Assembly: GCA_030706785.1 (NCBI GenBank)
Contig: JAUZNW010000001.1
Coordinates: forward strand, 1-63,215
Source: Bacteroidota bacterium
Lineage (GTDB): Bacteria; Bacteroidota; Bacteroidia; Bacteroidales; VadinHA17
DNA: 63,215 nt
Direction: 5' to 3'
Numbering within the stretch: position 1 is the stretch's first letter; every line of letters starts with the position of its first letter. Below the pieces are notes generated by a model. The model was not told the DNA's origin. It was given only the letters and a program-made list of their open reading frames with translations, and did no database searches. Below, one piece after another: positions 8,882 to 19,677 of this stretch. The translations under genes were made by a program, and so were the position numbers.

Positions 8882-8896
8882 TGGCAAAGAAATTGC
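8882..8896 (+). promoter_or_regulatory. Putative sigma-54 (-24/-12) promoter
   Basis: TGGCAAAGAAATTGC places GG and GC at the TGGCAC-N5-TTGC spacing, 45 nt before the ATG at 8941. Confidence 0.5.
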
Positions 8897-8940
8897 AATG
8901 ACTAATTTTGCTATCAATTAATTTTAGCCGCATCCGCTAT

Positions 8941-10365
8941 ATGAGCAGATTAATTTTCAGCCTGTTCCTCCTGACCGGAATTTCCATCTGTACCGGGGCA
9001 CAACTGAACAACGGATATGAAATAAATGTAATTATTTCAGGACTGCAGGATTCTTCCATATACCTGGCTTACCACCTTGGCGACAAGCAGTATGTAAAGG
9101 ATACAGTTAAACTCAACAGCCTGGGTTCAGGAGTGTTTATAGGGAATGAGCACCTGCCTGAAGGAATTTACATGATAGTGCTTCCCGGAAGGAAATATTT
9201 TGAAATGCTGATGTCAGCGGACCAGTATTTTTCGGTTTCCTGCTCCATAAAAGATTATCAAAATACTCTGAAATTTACAGGTTCTGATGAAAACACAGCT
9301 TTCATAGATTACCAGAGGCGATGGACACAACTTCAGAACAGGGCTTCAGCCATCACCAAGAGATTACAGAATAACAGGCAAAATCCCGATTCTCTCAGGA
9401 TACTTTCAGGGATGCAAAAAACACAGGAAGATTCGATGGTATCATATCTTCACGGCGTCGCGCAGGAGAATAAAGGAAGTCTTTTGGCTGTACTTGTAAA
9501 AGCTATGCTTCCTGTCGAAGTCCCTCCTGTTATTATTCCGCCGGGAGCAAAAAATCCTGATTCGTTAAGATGGTTCAGATCATATCTCTACAACAAAAAT
9601 CATTTCTTTGACAATATCGATCTGAACGATGAAAGACTGGTCAGGACTCCTATTCTGCAGGCCAGGCTGAATACCTTCTTTACAAATGTCGTGATACAGT
9701 CGCCTGACTCCATTAACAGGGAGATTGACAAGCTGATCAATAAGGTAAAAAACAATCACGCTGTATTCCAGTTCGTTTCCGTGTTCCTTTTCAACCATTT
9801 CCGCGAAAGCGAAGTCATGGGGCATGATGCTGTTGTGGTCAAACTCGCTGACGATATTTACCTTTCAGGCAAAGCTGACTGGGTTAATAACGAATTCAAG
9901 GATGAGCTCAGGAAGGAGGTTGACCTGATAAGACCGAACCTGATAGGTAAGAAAGCCCATAACCTGGTGATGGATTCCTACAAGGGAATATTTGTTTCGC
10001 TTTACGATGTCGAAAAGGATTTCATTGTCCTCTATTTCTGGGAGCCCAACTGCGGCCATTGCCAGGAAGCGACTCCAAAGCTTAAGGCCTGGTATGAAAA
10101 GGCAAAGAATACAGGAATTGAGGTTTTTACCGTATGCACCACCGCTGACCGGGAAAAGTGGGAGAAATACATTGAAGATAATAAGCTTACCTGGATCAAC
10201 GGCTGGGATCCTGAGCGAAAATCAAATTTCGGATATTATTATAATGTCACCTCGACTCCGATGGTATATATCCTTGACAGGAATAAAACCATAATTGCAA
10301 AAAAGCTGAGTGTAGAGGACATTGGTCCATTTATTGACAATTACAGGAAATACTTCAGGAAATAG
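8941..10365 (+). CDS. Exported TlpA/thioredoxin-like disulfide oxidoreductase with N-terminal DUF4369/DUF5106-like domains
   Basis: Signal peptide; C-terminal redoxin domain with FWEPNCGHC and YNVTSTP. ATG at 8941 preferred over TTG at 8908. Confidence 0.8.
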   Translation: MSRLIFSLFLLTGISICTGAQLNNGYEINVIISGLQDSSIYLAYHLGDKQYVKDTVKLNSLGSGVFIGNEHLPEGIYMIVLPGRKYFEMLMSADQYFSVSCSIKDYQNTLKFTGSDENTAFIDYQRRWTQLQNRASAITKRLQNNRQNPDSLRILSGMQKTQEDSMVSYLHGVAQENKGSLLAVLVKAMLPVEVPPVIIPPGAKNPDSLRWFRSYLYNKNHFFDNIDLNDERLVRTPILQARLNTFFTNVVIQSPDSINREIDKLINKVKNNHAVFQFVSVFLFNHFRESEVMGHDAVVVKLADDIYLSGKADWVNNEFKDELRKEVDLIRPNLIGKKAHNLVMDSYKGIFVSLYDVEKDFIVLYFWEPNCGHCQEATPKLKAWYEKAKNTGIEVFTVCTTADREKWEKYIEDNKLTWINGWDPERKSNFGYYYNVTSTPMVYILDRNKTIIAKKLSVEDIGPFIDNYRKYFRK

Positions 10366-11374
10366 GGTCGTTGTTCCTTATCCATGCTATCAGATCATAA
10401 ATATTTCCGAATTCGTGGCTCTCAGTCTCCTTCAGGCATTTCCATTTCTGATCAGGTTCTGACGGAGCATCAATTTCGATTAATCCACTTCCTGCATCTA
10501 TATAATAACCTGCCCTTGTGACTGCTTTCTCGGTCCAGTATCTTATATCTCCTTCGCCTCTGACCGCAACCGGACCTTTCTCCTGATGTCTTATTGTAAA
10601 GCTTCCGTCATGCGGGTTGTAACCCACCTTTGTCTCATCGAAAAGGCTTCTGAATGCCCCTGTAAGCATGATGTCCTCCGGAGCTCCTTCCAGCAGCCCG
10701 TCATCCCTCATCATCCATATCTTGTCGGACTGGCTTATTGCGTTTGAGAAATCATGGGTTGAAAAAACAATTGTTTTCTTCTTTTCCCGTGTTAGCCGGT
10801 GGAGAAGGTGCATTATCTCGATTTTATTGCTGATGTCGAGGAACGCAGTCGGTTCATCCATCACCATTATATCGGCGTCCTGTGCAAGGACCATGGCAAT
10901 CAGTGCTCTTTGCCGTTCTCCGTCAGATATTTCGTTTATATTCCTCCTGGAGAATTCCGAAAGCCCGGTCTTGGCAAGTGCATCGAGGATGACTTTATGA
11001 TCAGATTCTTCAATTTTCCCGAACCAGTCGGTATGAGGGAATCTGCCCAGTGATACAAGATCGTAAACTTTCATGTTGCTGACCCTCACAGGCTCAGTCG
11101 ATATATACCCAACCCTTGATGAAAGCTGAATGCGCGAATATTCAAATATATTCCTGCCCTCGATCTCGATCTTTCCGTCGATTACCGGTTGCAGTCCTGC
11201 GATCGTTCTCAGGAGAGTGCTTTTCCCCACTCCGTTCCTTCCGATAACAGCGATCAGTTCACCTTTGAGGCCTGTCCCTTTCAGCGGAGGAAGCAAAATC
11301 TTTTTTTTCTTTCCTGAAAAGTAACCGATCCCCAGTGAATCAAACGACAATATTTTTCCTGTTTCAATGCTCAT
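10355..11374 (-). CDS. btuD: Cobalamin ABC transporter ATP-binding protein
   Basis: Walker A GRNGVGKS, ISDGERQR signature and MDEP; last gene of the riboswitch-led operon. Confidence 0.85.
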   Translation of the reverse strand: MSIETGKILSFDSLGIGYFSGKKKKILLPPLKGTGLKGELIAVIGRNGVGKSTLLRTIAGLQPVIDGKIEIEGRNIFEYSRIQLSSRVGYISTEPVRVSNMKVYDLVSLGRFPHTDWFGKIEESDHKVILDALAKTGLSEFSRRNINEISDGERQRALIAMVLAQDADIMVMDEPTAFLDISNKIEIMHLLHRLTREKKKTIVFSTHDFSNAISQSDKIWMMRDDGLLEGAPEDIMLTGAFRSLFDETKVGYNPHDGSFTIRHQEKGPVAVRGEGDIRYWTEKAVTRAGYYIDAGSGLIEIDAPSEPDQKWKCLKETESHEFGNIYDLIAWIRNNDPIS

Positions 11375-12441
11375 CAGAATATTTCGGAATATCGCTGGTT
11401 CCTCAGGATAACCCAGATCACCACAGGAATGCCAATAAGAGCTGTGATAGAATTAACAGGTAACACATTATCTGAACCGGGCATCTGGGATATGATGTCG
11501 CTTATCAGCATTATGACAGCTCCGGCAAGCAAGGTTCCCGGAATCAGTACTTTATGATCGGAAGTTCTGAAGACAATCCTGGCAACATGAGGGACAGCTA
11601 TGCCAATAAATCCTATCGGTCCGCAGAATGCTGTTATGGTTCCGGTCAGTATGCTGGTTCCTGCAATTATTGCTATACGGGAAAGGCTGATATTGAGGCC
11701 AATGCTTCTGGCATAATTTTCTCCGAGAAGAAGGGCATTGAGCATCTTGACTGAAAAAATGCTTGCCAGTACACCAACTCCTACTGATATCAGTAATACA
11801 CCCATCTGTGAAGAAGTAATATTCCCGAGATTGCCCATTGTCCAAACGATATATGCTTTCAGCATTGATTCGCTGCTGAAATATTGCATTATTCCCACAA
11901 CTGCGGAAATACCGCTTGCGAGCATTATTCCAAGAATAAGAACGGTCATTATATTCCTGACCCTTCCGGAGATGAACATTATCAGGAGCATAACCAGTCC
12001 TGCCCCGATCCATGAAGCGCCAGCAATTGCCCAGTTGCCTACAGAATGGATGTTGTCGGGTGACATGGATGATGAAAATCCAAGCAATACAATTGCCACA
12101 CCAAGACTTGCTCCCGAGCTTATACCCAGAACATAAGGTCCTGCCATCGGGTTCCTGAATAACGTCTGCATCTGCAATCCACTTACCGACAGTGCCATAC
12201 CAACACATATTGCAGTAATGGCTTTCGGCAGCCGGAATTTCAGAAGTATCGTCCTTGCAATAGTTTCAGTGTTACCGAAAAGAGCATCTATTATATCCCC
12301 GGGTTTAAGGCTGACTGATCCCAGAAACAAATCGAGCAGGAACAACACCAATATAAGAACCAGCGTGACTGTAAAGATCATGCTGGTCCTTGTCTTTCTA
12401 TTTCTGATGACAATATTGTCTGTTTCTGCGGTTACTTCCAT
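11374..12441 (-). CDS. btuC: Cobalamin ABC transporter permease (FecCD/BtuC family)
   Basis: FRLPKA, QTLFRNPMAGPYVLGISSGA and GPIGFIGIAVPH motifs. Confidence 0.88.
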   Translation of the reverse strand: MEVTAETDNIVIRNRKTRTSMIFTVTLVLILVLFLLDLFLGSVSLKPGDIIDALFGNTETIARTILLKFRLPKAITAICVGMALSVSGLQMQTLFRNPMAGPYVLGISSGASLGVAIVLLGFSSSMSPDNIHSVGNWAIAGASWIGAGLVMLLIMFISGRVRNIMTVLILGIMLASGISAVVGIMQYFSSESMLKAYIVWTMGNLGNITSSQMGVLLISVGVGVLASIFSVKMLNALLLGENYARSIGLNISLSRIAIIAGTSILTGTITAFCGPIGFIGIAVPHVARIVFRTSDHKVLIPGTLLAGAVIMLISDIISQMPGSDNVLPVNSITALIGIPVVIWVILRNQRYSEIF

Positions 12442-12449
12442 TATGGTTG

Positions 12450-13634
12450 TCAGTTCAGCTTTTTATAATACACGAGGTTCCTTCCCTGGAACAGGTCAGG
12501 ATGCAGAATAGACGCAATATCAGCAAGGATCACATCAGGATTGACCGTACCTCCTTCCCAGTAATCATTACCTCCATCCTTATTGATTCTGAGTGTGTTG
12601 TTGAAAACCATTTTATCCCGGAAAGGTGGAAGTTCAGCAAGTCGGGTATCGATTGCCAGAATGTCCTTCAGTGATTCGGCTACCCCTGTATTCAGCCAGT
12701 ATCCGGCTGCCAGAGCCTTTATATAAACTGACTCGGGAGATAATGGCATTGAGTAACGTGATTCAGTTTCTTCCCAGAGGTAATCACCTCCGGCATCCCG
12801 AATCAGATTTGATATGTAGCTGTTGCCGGGAGAGATATACCAGGTATCCTTGAAAGGAAGCCCAAGAAGCACTTTCGGCCTCTCCTTTATGCCGGCTTTT
12901 ATATAATCCCTTAATTTGTTATATCTGGACTCTACCCGTCCGAAAATCGAATCAGCCTTCTGCTTCTTACAAAAAAGCTCACCGATTGCTTTCAACCATT
13001 CTGCCTTTCCAAGAGGATTGTCCTCGAGATAATCAGCATCGAAAAATACCGGAACACCAAGTTCCCGGAGCTTTCCTATATAGCCGGCAGACTCGCTTCC
13101 AATTCCATATACTATTACAATATCGGGATTAAGATTCATTATCAGTTCCTTGTTCAGATTGTCATCATATCCGACTTCCCTGATAATTCCCTCCGCAGCT
13201 TTCTCCGAAAGATCCCTGTCAAAGATGAGCCTTGTCCCTGAGAAGCCGGCAATGGACCGGGATTCACCAATTGCCGATATCATTGAAAGATGAGTGGTAG
13301 ACATGCATACAATCCTTCTGACCGGAACATGTATGACATATGATTGATCAATCCCTGCAGGAGCCTGGATTCCTTCCGGAACAAGGTACCATGTTTGCAC
13401 AACTCCGCTCGCGCCCTGCCACGGATCAATGACAGAGAGCTGCGAATACCCCTCCAATGATACTAATTTAAACCTCTTCGCATAAGAAATAATGGGCTTT
13501 TCAGCATTTTCAGGCTTTTCAACTGGTAAACTCTTCCCCCTGCCGCATGATAACAACAAAAACAGAATAATGGTCTGAAATAATATAATGACCGACCGCA
13601 TTCGGATTACATGCTTTCTTGTCACAGAATTCAT
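12450..13634 (-). CDS. btuF: Cobalamin-binding periplasmic lipoprotein
   Basis: LLSC lipobox, PVRRIVCMSTTH and PLGKAEW. The true start may be the second Met. Confidence 0.82.
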   Translation of the reverse strand: MNSVTRKHVIRMRSVIILFQTIILFLLLSCGRGKSLPVEKPENAEKPIISYAKRFKLVSLEGYSQLSVIDPWQGASGVVQTWYLVPEGIQAPAGIDQSYVIHVPVRRIVCMSTTHLSMISAIGESRSIAGFSGTRLIFDRDLSEKAAEGIIREVGYDDNLNKELIMNLNPDIVIVYGIGSESAGYIGKLRELGVPVFFDADYLEDNPLGKAEWLKAIGELFCKKQKADSIFGRVESRYNKLRDYIKAGIKERPKVLLGLPFKDTWYISPGNSYISNLIRDAGGDYLWEETESRYSMPLSPESVYIKALAAGYWLNTGVAESLKDILAIDTRLAELPPFRDKMVFNNTLRINKDGGNDYWEGGTVNPDVILADIASILHPDLFQGRNLVYYKKLN

Positions 13635-14692
13635 TGTATGCTGGAATCTGGATTGTATTTATAACACATGTTTCCGGGAATAATGTCAGCCTGCATTACA
13701 TAAAGCAAAGCTCCTGATGAATTATATCTTAAAATATTACCTCTTTTTTGATAGTCGGCTGCATCGGTCACAAATATCTCGCCATTACCCGGATTTACTG
13801 CGATCCTGTAAAAATTATATCCGGCCTGCGGAATAAAAATTCCCGTCGGCAAATTAACTGCATCCACACTCATCCTCCTTACGCCATTCCAAAGAAAATA
13901 AAGAGTTCTTCTATCCCCGGATATCTGGAGGCTGGTTGGGGAATCAGTTATTGAAGGAAATATAAATCTTTTCTCAACCATGTTGTTAAAAGTACTTATC
14001 CCTACGAGCTCTGCATAATGATCCCGTTTCCATCCGCCATTGCAGAGAACCCAGAGAATACTGTTCCCGTCCAGGACCATGCTTTCAGGTTCCATACCTA
14101 CTTCAATTGAGTCAACGACCTGATCATCGGCCGTATTGATGACCATAACCTTGTTCCCTCCCACCCAGTTTGCGACATAGGCTGCAGAGGAATGCAAAAC
14201 AATCTGTTCCGAGGTATGCTTTAGATTTATATAGCCTGAAATCGTTTTTGATGCAATGTTCAATATGGTGATCGAATCGGAAAACAGGCTGGTAACATAT
14301 GCTTTTGCATCGCTCAGAAAGGCCATATATCTTGGTGATTTGATCCCATCATATGTTGTCACCGATTGCATGTAATTCTGATCAGCCACCTCTATCTTTC
14401 CTGAATTGTTCACTATGATGTATGCGTTGCTACCAAGGATGCTGACTGAATACGGTATATCACCTAACGGACGCTTATTTACAGCCTCAAAAACATTGTT
14501 ATAGACTTTAATGGAGTCGTAGGAAAAAAAGGAAAGTGATCCGTTCCCCGCCCTGAAATTGCCTTCATTTACTATGAAAAAACCAGGACCGGATAAATAG
14601 GAATCGGGCACATCGATTATTTCCGGATTCGTATCCTTTAGGCAGGAACTCACCAGAAATACAATCGCAGCTGTAAATATTATTTTATTCAT
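13631..14692 (-). CDS. btuG: Surface lipoprotein, beta-propeller B12-binding protein (BtuG-like)
   Basis: VSSC lipobox, NEGNF..GNGSLSF, VNNSGKI and SPRYM motifs; located in the btu operon. Confidence 0.78.
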   Translation of the reverse strand: MNKIIFTAAIVFLVSSCLKDTNPEIIDVPDSYLSGPGFFIVNEGNFRAGNGSLSFFSYDSIKVYNNVFEAVNKRPLGDIPYSVSILGSNAYIIVNNSGKIEVADQNYMQSVTTYDGIKSPRYMAFLSDAKAYVTSLFSDSITILNIASKTISGYINLKHTSEQIVLHSSAAYVANWVGGNKVMVINTADDQVVDSIEVGMEPESMVLDGNSILWVLCNGGWKRDHYAELVGISTFNNMVEKRFIFPSITDSPTSLQISGDRRTLYFLWNGVRRMSVDAVNLPTGIFIPQAGYNFYRIAVNPGNGEIFVTDAADYQKRGNILRYNSSGALLYVMQADIIPGNMCYKYNPDSSIQ

Positions 14693-14695
14693 AGT

Positions 14696-16621
14696 TTACT
14701 TGTTTAACTGAAATACAACAGAAAATAAATAGGCCCTGCCAGGCATCGGATAGTACGCGATACTCTGGTAGTTTGCATCGAAAATATTCTCAGCACGCAG
14801 ACTGAAATCACATCTGACTTTATCGGATACCATATTGTAACCGATATCCAGATCAGTAACCGAATATCCGGGAAGATATTGTGTATTATCAGGGTTAAGA
14901 TATCTTCTGCTGAAGTAATCTGAATTGATTGAAGAATGAAGATGGAACCACCTTAATTGTAATGACGCAACCAGCTGGTTTACAGGAACATAAATAATCT
15001 GTCGTTCAGCCTTGCCATTACCATCCGTACCATTATGGTTATTTATCGCTTTTGTCAGCGTGTAGCCTGCATTAAGCCCTGCCATGAATTTTCCTGAAGT
15101 GAACTCTATTTCTGCATTTGATTCGATGCCGGATGTCTTCAGTTCACTGATGTTCCTGGCCACCCAGTAGGTGTATTCCCCGGGTTGCCACTGGATCATG
15201 TTATATATGTGATTCCTGAAGCAAGTAAGGTCACCTGCCAGCCTGACACAGGATCCAAGGTTACCTGACCACTCACCTGTAATTTCAGCTGTATAACCGG
15301 ATTCGCTTCTCAGATCGGGATTTCCTCCCGGCATCCAGTACATTTCATTCATTGAAGGGATTCTTGAATTCTTTGAAATCTTTGCTTTTATTTTGAAATT
15401 TCCCACAGGAAGAATGCGATACTCTGCGCCAGCTGAAAAATCAGGCGTAAGGAATCTGTTATCATATATAGTTTCCCGAAGGATGATTTCGGTGACCAGA
15501 AGCGGAGTCAGGTGCGTTTCGCCTGAAATATAAATCGCGGCAGTATTGCGCCCTTTGCTGCCTGAGTAATTGTTTGTCTTAACAAAGTTCATTTCCCCGG
15601 TCAATCCAATCCTGATATTATTTTTTTCACCAATGCTTCTCTTCAGATCACTCTTTAAGATCATTCTGCCCGATTCGTTTCTTGAATCGACAGAAGCCAC
15701 AGTATTTGAATAATAAAGCTTATCGGAAATATAAGCTGCAACAACATCCAGGTCTGTCCTCCCTCTTTCTGTATTGTAGCTCATCATTGTCCTGAATGAT
15801 TCATCTTTCTGGTTTTCGCACGGATTGAGAGGCTGGGTCGTCATTGGCACGGGAATATTCCTGAATTCTGATTGGTACCATAATTTGGCAGAGGCTTTGC
15901 TCCGGGTGCCTTTCAGGTAAAGTTCCTGGATCAAGCCTCTCTGGTAAACCTGGCTGTCTTTCCTTCTTTCCCTGAACGGGACAGAAGTTAAAACATCATT
16001 GATATAACTGAAATTGTTCCTGGCATCCCTGATAAAAGCCCTGGTCACCGATTGAAACCGGTTGGTTCTCACTTTTGCCTTTAACAGACCTGAATACCTG
16101 CCGTAACTGCCGGCAGCAGGACTAAGAAGCAGCGAGTTTTTTCCCGACCAGTCAGGCTTTGTTTCCAGATTAATGATGCCTCCTATCCCTCCGTTATTCA
16201 GGCTCATGGATGCACCGCCATAAAAGACATTCACATCATCGATAAATCCTGCAGGCACAAGGGAAAGATCGAACTGCCCCAGCATAGGATTATTCAGGCT
16301 TATACCATTCCATGCCACCTGGGTTTGACTGGCAGATGTACCTCTTAATGAGGGCACTGCAATTCCTCCCTGGTCGTATGTTTTAATAAAGACGGATGAA
16401 TTTTCAGAAATGAGATCCGCCAGGGAACGTGCATAGTACCTGTCTATAACCGTTGAATCAATGCTGATCACTTTGGATCCTGTTTCATGATGTCCGGATT
16501 TTATCCCATTAATGATCACTTCCTTTATCTGGATAGTATCATTATTGAATGATAATTGTCCTTGAATACAGGGCGGCATCAGAATGATCACAATATAAAA
16601 GAAGCCTTTTTTCAAGATCAA
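14696..16621 (-). CDS. btuB: TonB-dependent cobalamin receptor
   Basis: Plug motif SLRGTSASQTQVAWNGI, GNPDLRSESG and C-terminal ENIFD...YPMPGR; directly downstream of the cobalamin riboswitch. TTG start is uncertain. Confidence 0.85.
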   Translation of the reverse strand: MILKKGFFYIVIILMPPCIQGQLSFNNDTIQIKEVIINGIKSGHHETGSKVISIDSTVIDRYYARSLADLISENSSVFIKTYDQGGIAVPSLRGTSASQTQVAWNGISLNNPMLGQFDLSLVPAGFIDDVNVFYGGASMSLNNGGIGGIINLETKPDWSGKNSLLLSPAAGSYGRYSGLLKAKVRTNRFQSVTRAFIRDARNNFSYINDVLTSVPFRERRKDSQVYQRGLIQELYLKGTRSKASAKLWYQSEFRNIPVPMTTQPLNPCENQKDESFRTMMSYNTERGRTDLDVVAAYISDKLYYSNTVASVDSRNESGRMILKSDLKRSIGEKNNIRIGLTGEMNFVKTNNYSGSKGRNTAAIYISGETHLTPLLVTEIILRETIYDNRFLTPDFSAGAEYRILPVGNFKIKAKISKNSRIPSMNEMYWMPGGNPDLRSESGYTAEITGEWSGNLGSCVRLAGDLTCFRNHIYNMIQWQPGEYTYWVARNISELKTSGIESNAEIEFTSGKFMAGLNAGYTLTKAINNHNGTDGNGKAERQIIYVPVNQLVASLQLRWFHLHSSINSDYFSRRYLNPDNTQYLPGYSVTDLDIGYNMVSDKVRCDFSLRAENIFDANYQSIAYYPMPGRAYLFSVVFQLNK

Positions 16622-16715
16622 TCTTCATTTCAGGCATCCCGGGGAGTTTTTTGCAGGAATCATTGCGTGATTCTTTGCTTTTTATCCCGAAAGCGTTGAA
16701 CATAATATTTGTTTC

Positions 16716-16940
16716 TGGCAGGTCTTCTGACTTATCCCGGCTCTGGGAAGCCTTCCCATAGCGCCGATGCGCCACAGTGGCAGGTGTTTCCCAAAGCCTT
16801 CATCACGCTTTTGCGTGACCGGGCATCACAGCAGCGGGTACTGTTGCGGATTCAAACCGCATTCCCTTTTCATGGGTCTGTTGGCCGGATAAAAACATTT
16901 TTATTTTAATAAAGGTCCTTATCAACAGGCCCACACCAGA
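16716..16940 (-). promoter_or_regulatory. Cobalamin (AdoCbl) riboswitch
   Basis: Minus strand carries AAAAGGGAATGCGGTTTGAATCCGCAACAGTACCCGCTGCTGTG, GCCACTG...GGGAAGGC and the B12 box AAGTCAGAAGACCTGCC. TACCTTTG -7 box at 16947-16954. Confidence 0.93.
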
Positions 16941-17035
16941 ACAGATCAAAGGTACTTTATTTTCAAAAATGATCAAGTATGGTAAATAAACATTTATTAA
17001 CCATCCTCGAGAAGATGAACAATCCCGGTCTTATG

Positions 17036-19669
17036 TCAGTTGGTTAGCAGCCTGATATTTTTAAGTATCTGCTGAGCGATCCCGATTTTGTATCCAGAGG
17101 ACGAATAAACAATATTGCCATCGTTATCTACCAGGATTATAAGAGGATAGCTTATCGTTGGGGCCAGATCCTTAAGACCGGAGCTCTCGAGGATGCCGGG
17201 ATCAATATCAGAACGTGAATAAGAATTTGATGGCAGACCATTGGATTTGCGTGGGTTGAATAATACACTATCAGTACCTGAGGCGGTTGATAAAAAAATA
17301 AAGCATCCTCCCCATTTATCAAATTCATCTTTCAGCAGAGGGAGATCATTAAGAAAGTGCTTTGTAGGTTCCCTCTCCGGTTCTATCCAAGCAAGGACAG
17401 CTCCTTTTCCGGAATTCCGGCAATTACCCTCTTCAGTTATCCTGTCAAGTGCATTCTTATCAAGGGTCCCTTCAATCAGCGGCTTCCCGGAAGCCTTCCT
17501 GAGCTTCACTTCAAGCTTCAAATGCTTGTCAGGAGCGAGGTTAAAAAAGGTGATGCCTGAAAGTACTCCTCCGTCGTTGAGCCTGTTACCTGTCACCAAC
17601 ATATAATTGCCGGCGGTAAGTTCAAGCTCATCCCTGAAATCAGTTATTTTCATATTATCAGGATATTCCAGGGTGTTGTAACGGCCGTTCTCCAGCCTGG
17701 CAAGGGTAAAATGAACATAATATTCCGGAACAGGATTGGTCTCTCCGGAGAACAAACGGATATGTCCTTTCATTTCCACGGGTTTGCTTTCATCGTTGAA
17801 GTAAACATCATTCCACTTTCCGTCAAGGAAATACTGTGGTCTGTTGCTACCGGGCTCAAGCCGTGACGGTATGCCAAGGCTTCTGCAGGCTGACACAAAA
17901 AATATGCACCTTGACCAGGGATCCGCAATTTTTAAATCGTATGTTCCACGCGGTGTCAGCGGAGTCCGGTAATAGTTTTCATCATCTGTGATCTTTATTG
18001 AGGTGTTTATGTATTTAACTGCAGCTAGCGGATCTTTTACAACATTCGTTGACAGATCTGCAGGAAGGTTCTTAAGTAAATATTCCCTGTAAGCAACCAG
18101 CATCTCATTAGCTACCCTTGGATTCAGAATATAATTCACAAACAATTCACTTTTCGTATCGAGTTTATAAGGATTCTTAACATTCTTAAGGTGATCCTCA
18201 AGAACTGATGCTTTTGTATCCCTGAGGTCTTTTTCAGCTATTGATCCGAGTAGTGAAATTGCAAGTTCCCTGTCATTGTCAGAAGTTCGTTTAAGGAAAG
18301 CAATGATTTCCCTGTAATTACCCATGCTTTTCTTTATCAGGGAAACTATCCGGGCAGTATCTGTATTGAGCTGAACTGCGATGGCTTTTGCCTCTCCAGG
18401 TTTGATCCATGAGTCAGTATAAGCTTCGCGAGTTTTATTCTCTGCGTTTACCCTTTTAGTATTCATCGCGACAAGTTCCTTTGAAGGTCCTTTAAAAGGA
18501 GACGGCACCGGTGGCACACTAAGATCGAGGTTCAAAATTCCTTGTTCAGGCGGCTTATCATTTAAGCTTAATCTTAGTGTATCGACGTCAGTGACAGAGA
18601 TCTTGCCGAATGCGAAATCATTTCCCTTTCTCGCCCAGATCAGCAGATCGCCGAATCCGGTCTCAAAACTACTGAGACCTTTCGTATCGGTCATGACTGT
18701 CGTAAGCGGATAGAATTCAGCATAATTGTAAAGCTTATATTCCACATAAGCATCAGGAACGGCTTTCCCCATTGCGTCTGTTACCTTCACCCATATCCTT
18801 TTTGTGGAAGCATAGCTGGAAAGATTGTTTACTTCAGAGTATAGCCTGAACTTGTTAATATAATTTTCGTCACCGTAGCCTGCCCCGAAAGATCTAGTGT
18901 GGATGAGCATTGCCCTTCTTGCAGGTTCGGTGAACCAACCTCTGTCGAGTACTGGTTCAGGTTCGCAGGCTCCCATATAATGCCATTTCCCCTTGATCCA
19001 GACTTCAACCCAGGCATGATTGTCGTCAGTGTGAGCCCACCGGGGCGTGTAGACCTGACGGGCAGGGATCCCTGCTGCCCTGAGTGCGCTTACGGTAAAT
19101 GTCGATTCCTCTCCGCATCTTCCCCTTGCCGAAAGAATAGTACTCATCGGGCCTGAAGTACGGATATCCGAAGGCTGGTATGTTACTTTCTCATGACACC
19201 AGTGGTTTATTTCAAGAGCAGCATCAGCCATATCCAGACCCTTTATTCTTTCGGATATTTCATTATGGTATTTTAATCTGAATGAATCGAGGTTTTCATT
19301 ATTGACCCGGCAGGGAAGAACATAATGAAGGAAGATATCCCCGGGAATTGAATCTCCCCAGGTGGTTCGTTCCCTTGTCTTCAGGGCAATTTTTACATTT
19401 TCAAGGAAGAATTCCCCGGTATAGTCTGCCAGGTCGCTGAGGGGCATAAAAGCTAAGATGAACTTAAGCCCTTCGGATTGATCTGCAGTCAACTTCCGGT
19501 TAAAGACATTAAAAAGAGCATCTTTTCTTTCTGCTGCCAGTGACTTATGTCTGATGAATGCAGAATCAACTGTTTCCCTGTATGATTTGTCTGAGATTAA
19601 ATGATGATCCAAACAACCCGTTGCTAAAATAACAGCAGCGGCCAGGAAAGAAAATGAGTATTTTATCAT
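17036..19669 (-). CDS. Lipoprotein with transglutaminase-like domains
   Basis: LATGC lipobox; GRCGEES, HAWVEVW and ACEPE Cys-His-acid motifs; a second degenerate transglutaminase domain follows. Confidence 0.85.
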   Translation of the reverse strand: MIKYSFSFLAAAVILATGCLDHHLISDKSYRETVDSAFIRHKSLAAERKDALFNVFNRKLTADQSEGLKFILAFMPLSDLADYTGEFFLENVKIALKTRERTTWGDSIPGDIFLHYVLPCRVNNENLDSFRLKYHNEISERIKGLDMADAALEINHWCHEKVTYQPSDIRTSGPMSTILSARGRCGEESTFTVSALRAAGIPARQVYTPRWAHTDDNHAWVEVWIKGKWHYMGACEPEPVLDRGWFTEPARRAMLIHTRSFGAGYGDENYINKFRLYSEVNNLSSYASTKRIWVKVTDAMGKAVPDAYVEYKLYNYAEFYPLTTVMTDTKGLSSFETGFGDLLIWARKGNDFAFGKISVTDVDTLRLSLNDKPPEQGILNLDLSVPPVPSPFKGPSKELVAMNTKRVNAENKTREAYTDSWIKPGEAKAIAVQLNTDTARIVSLIKKSMGNYREIIAFLKRTSDNDRELAISLLGSIAEKDLRDTKASVLEDHLKNVKNPYKLDTKSELFVNYILNPRVANEMLVAYREYLLKNLPADLSTNVVKDPLAAVKYINTSIKITDDENYYRTPLTPRGTYDLKIADPWSRCIFFVSACRSLGIPSRLEPGSNRPQYFLDGKWNDVYFNDESKPVEMKGHIRLFSGETNPVPEYYVHFTLARLENGRYNTLEYPDNMKITDFRDELELTAGNYMLVTGNRLNDGGVLSGITFFNLAPDKHLKLEVKLRKASGKPLIEGTLDKNALDRITEEGNCRNSGKGAVLAWIEPEREPTKHFLNDLPLLKDEFDKWGGCFIFLSTASGTDSVLFNPRKSNGLPSNSYSRSDIDPGILESSGLKDLAPTISYPLIILVDNDGNIVYSSSGYKIGIAQQILKNIRLLTN

Positions 19670-19677
19670 TAAGAATA

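Noticed and set aside
16542..16909. Short ORFs 16542-16775 and 16709-16909
   Set aside because: They overlap the cobalamin riboswitch and the btuB start, and show no protein features.
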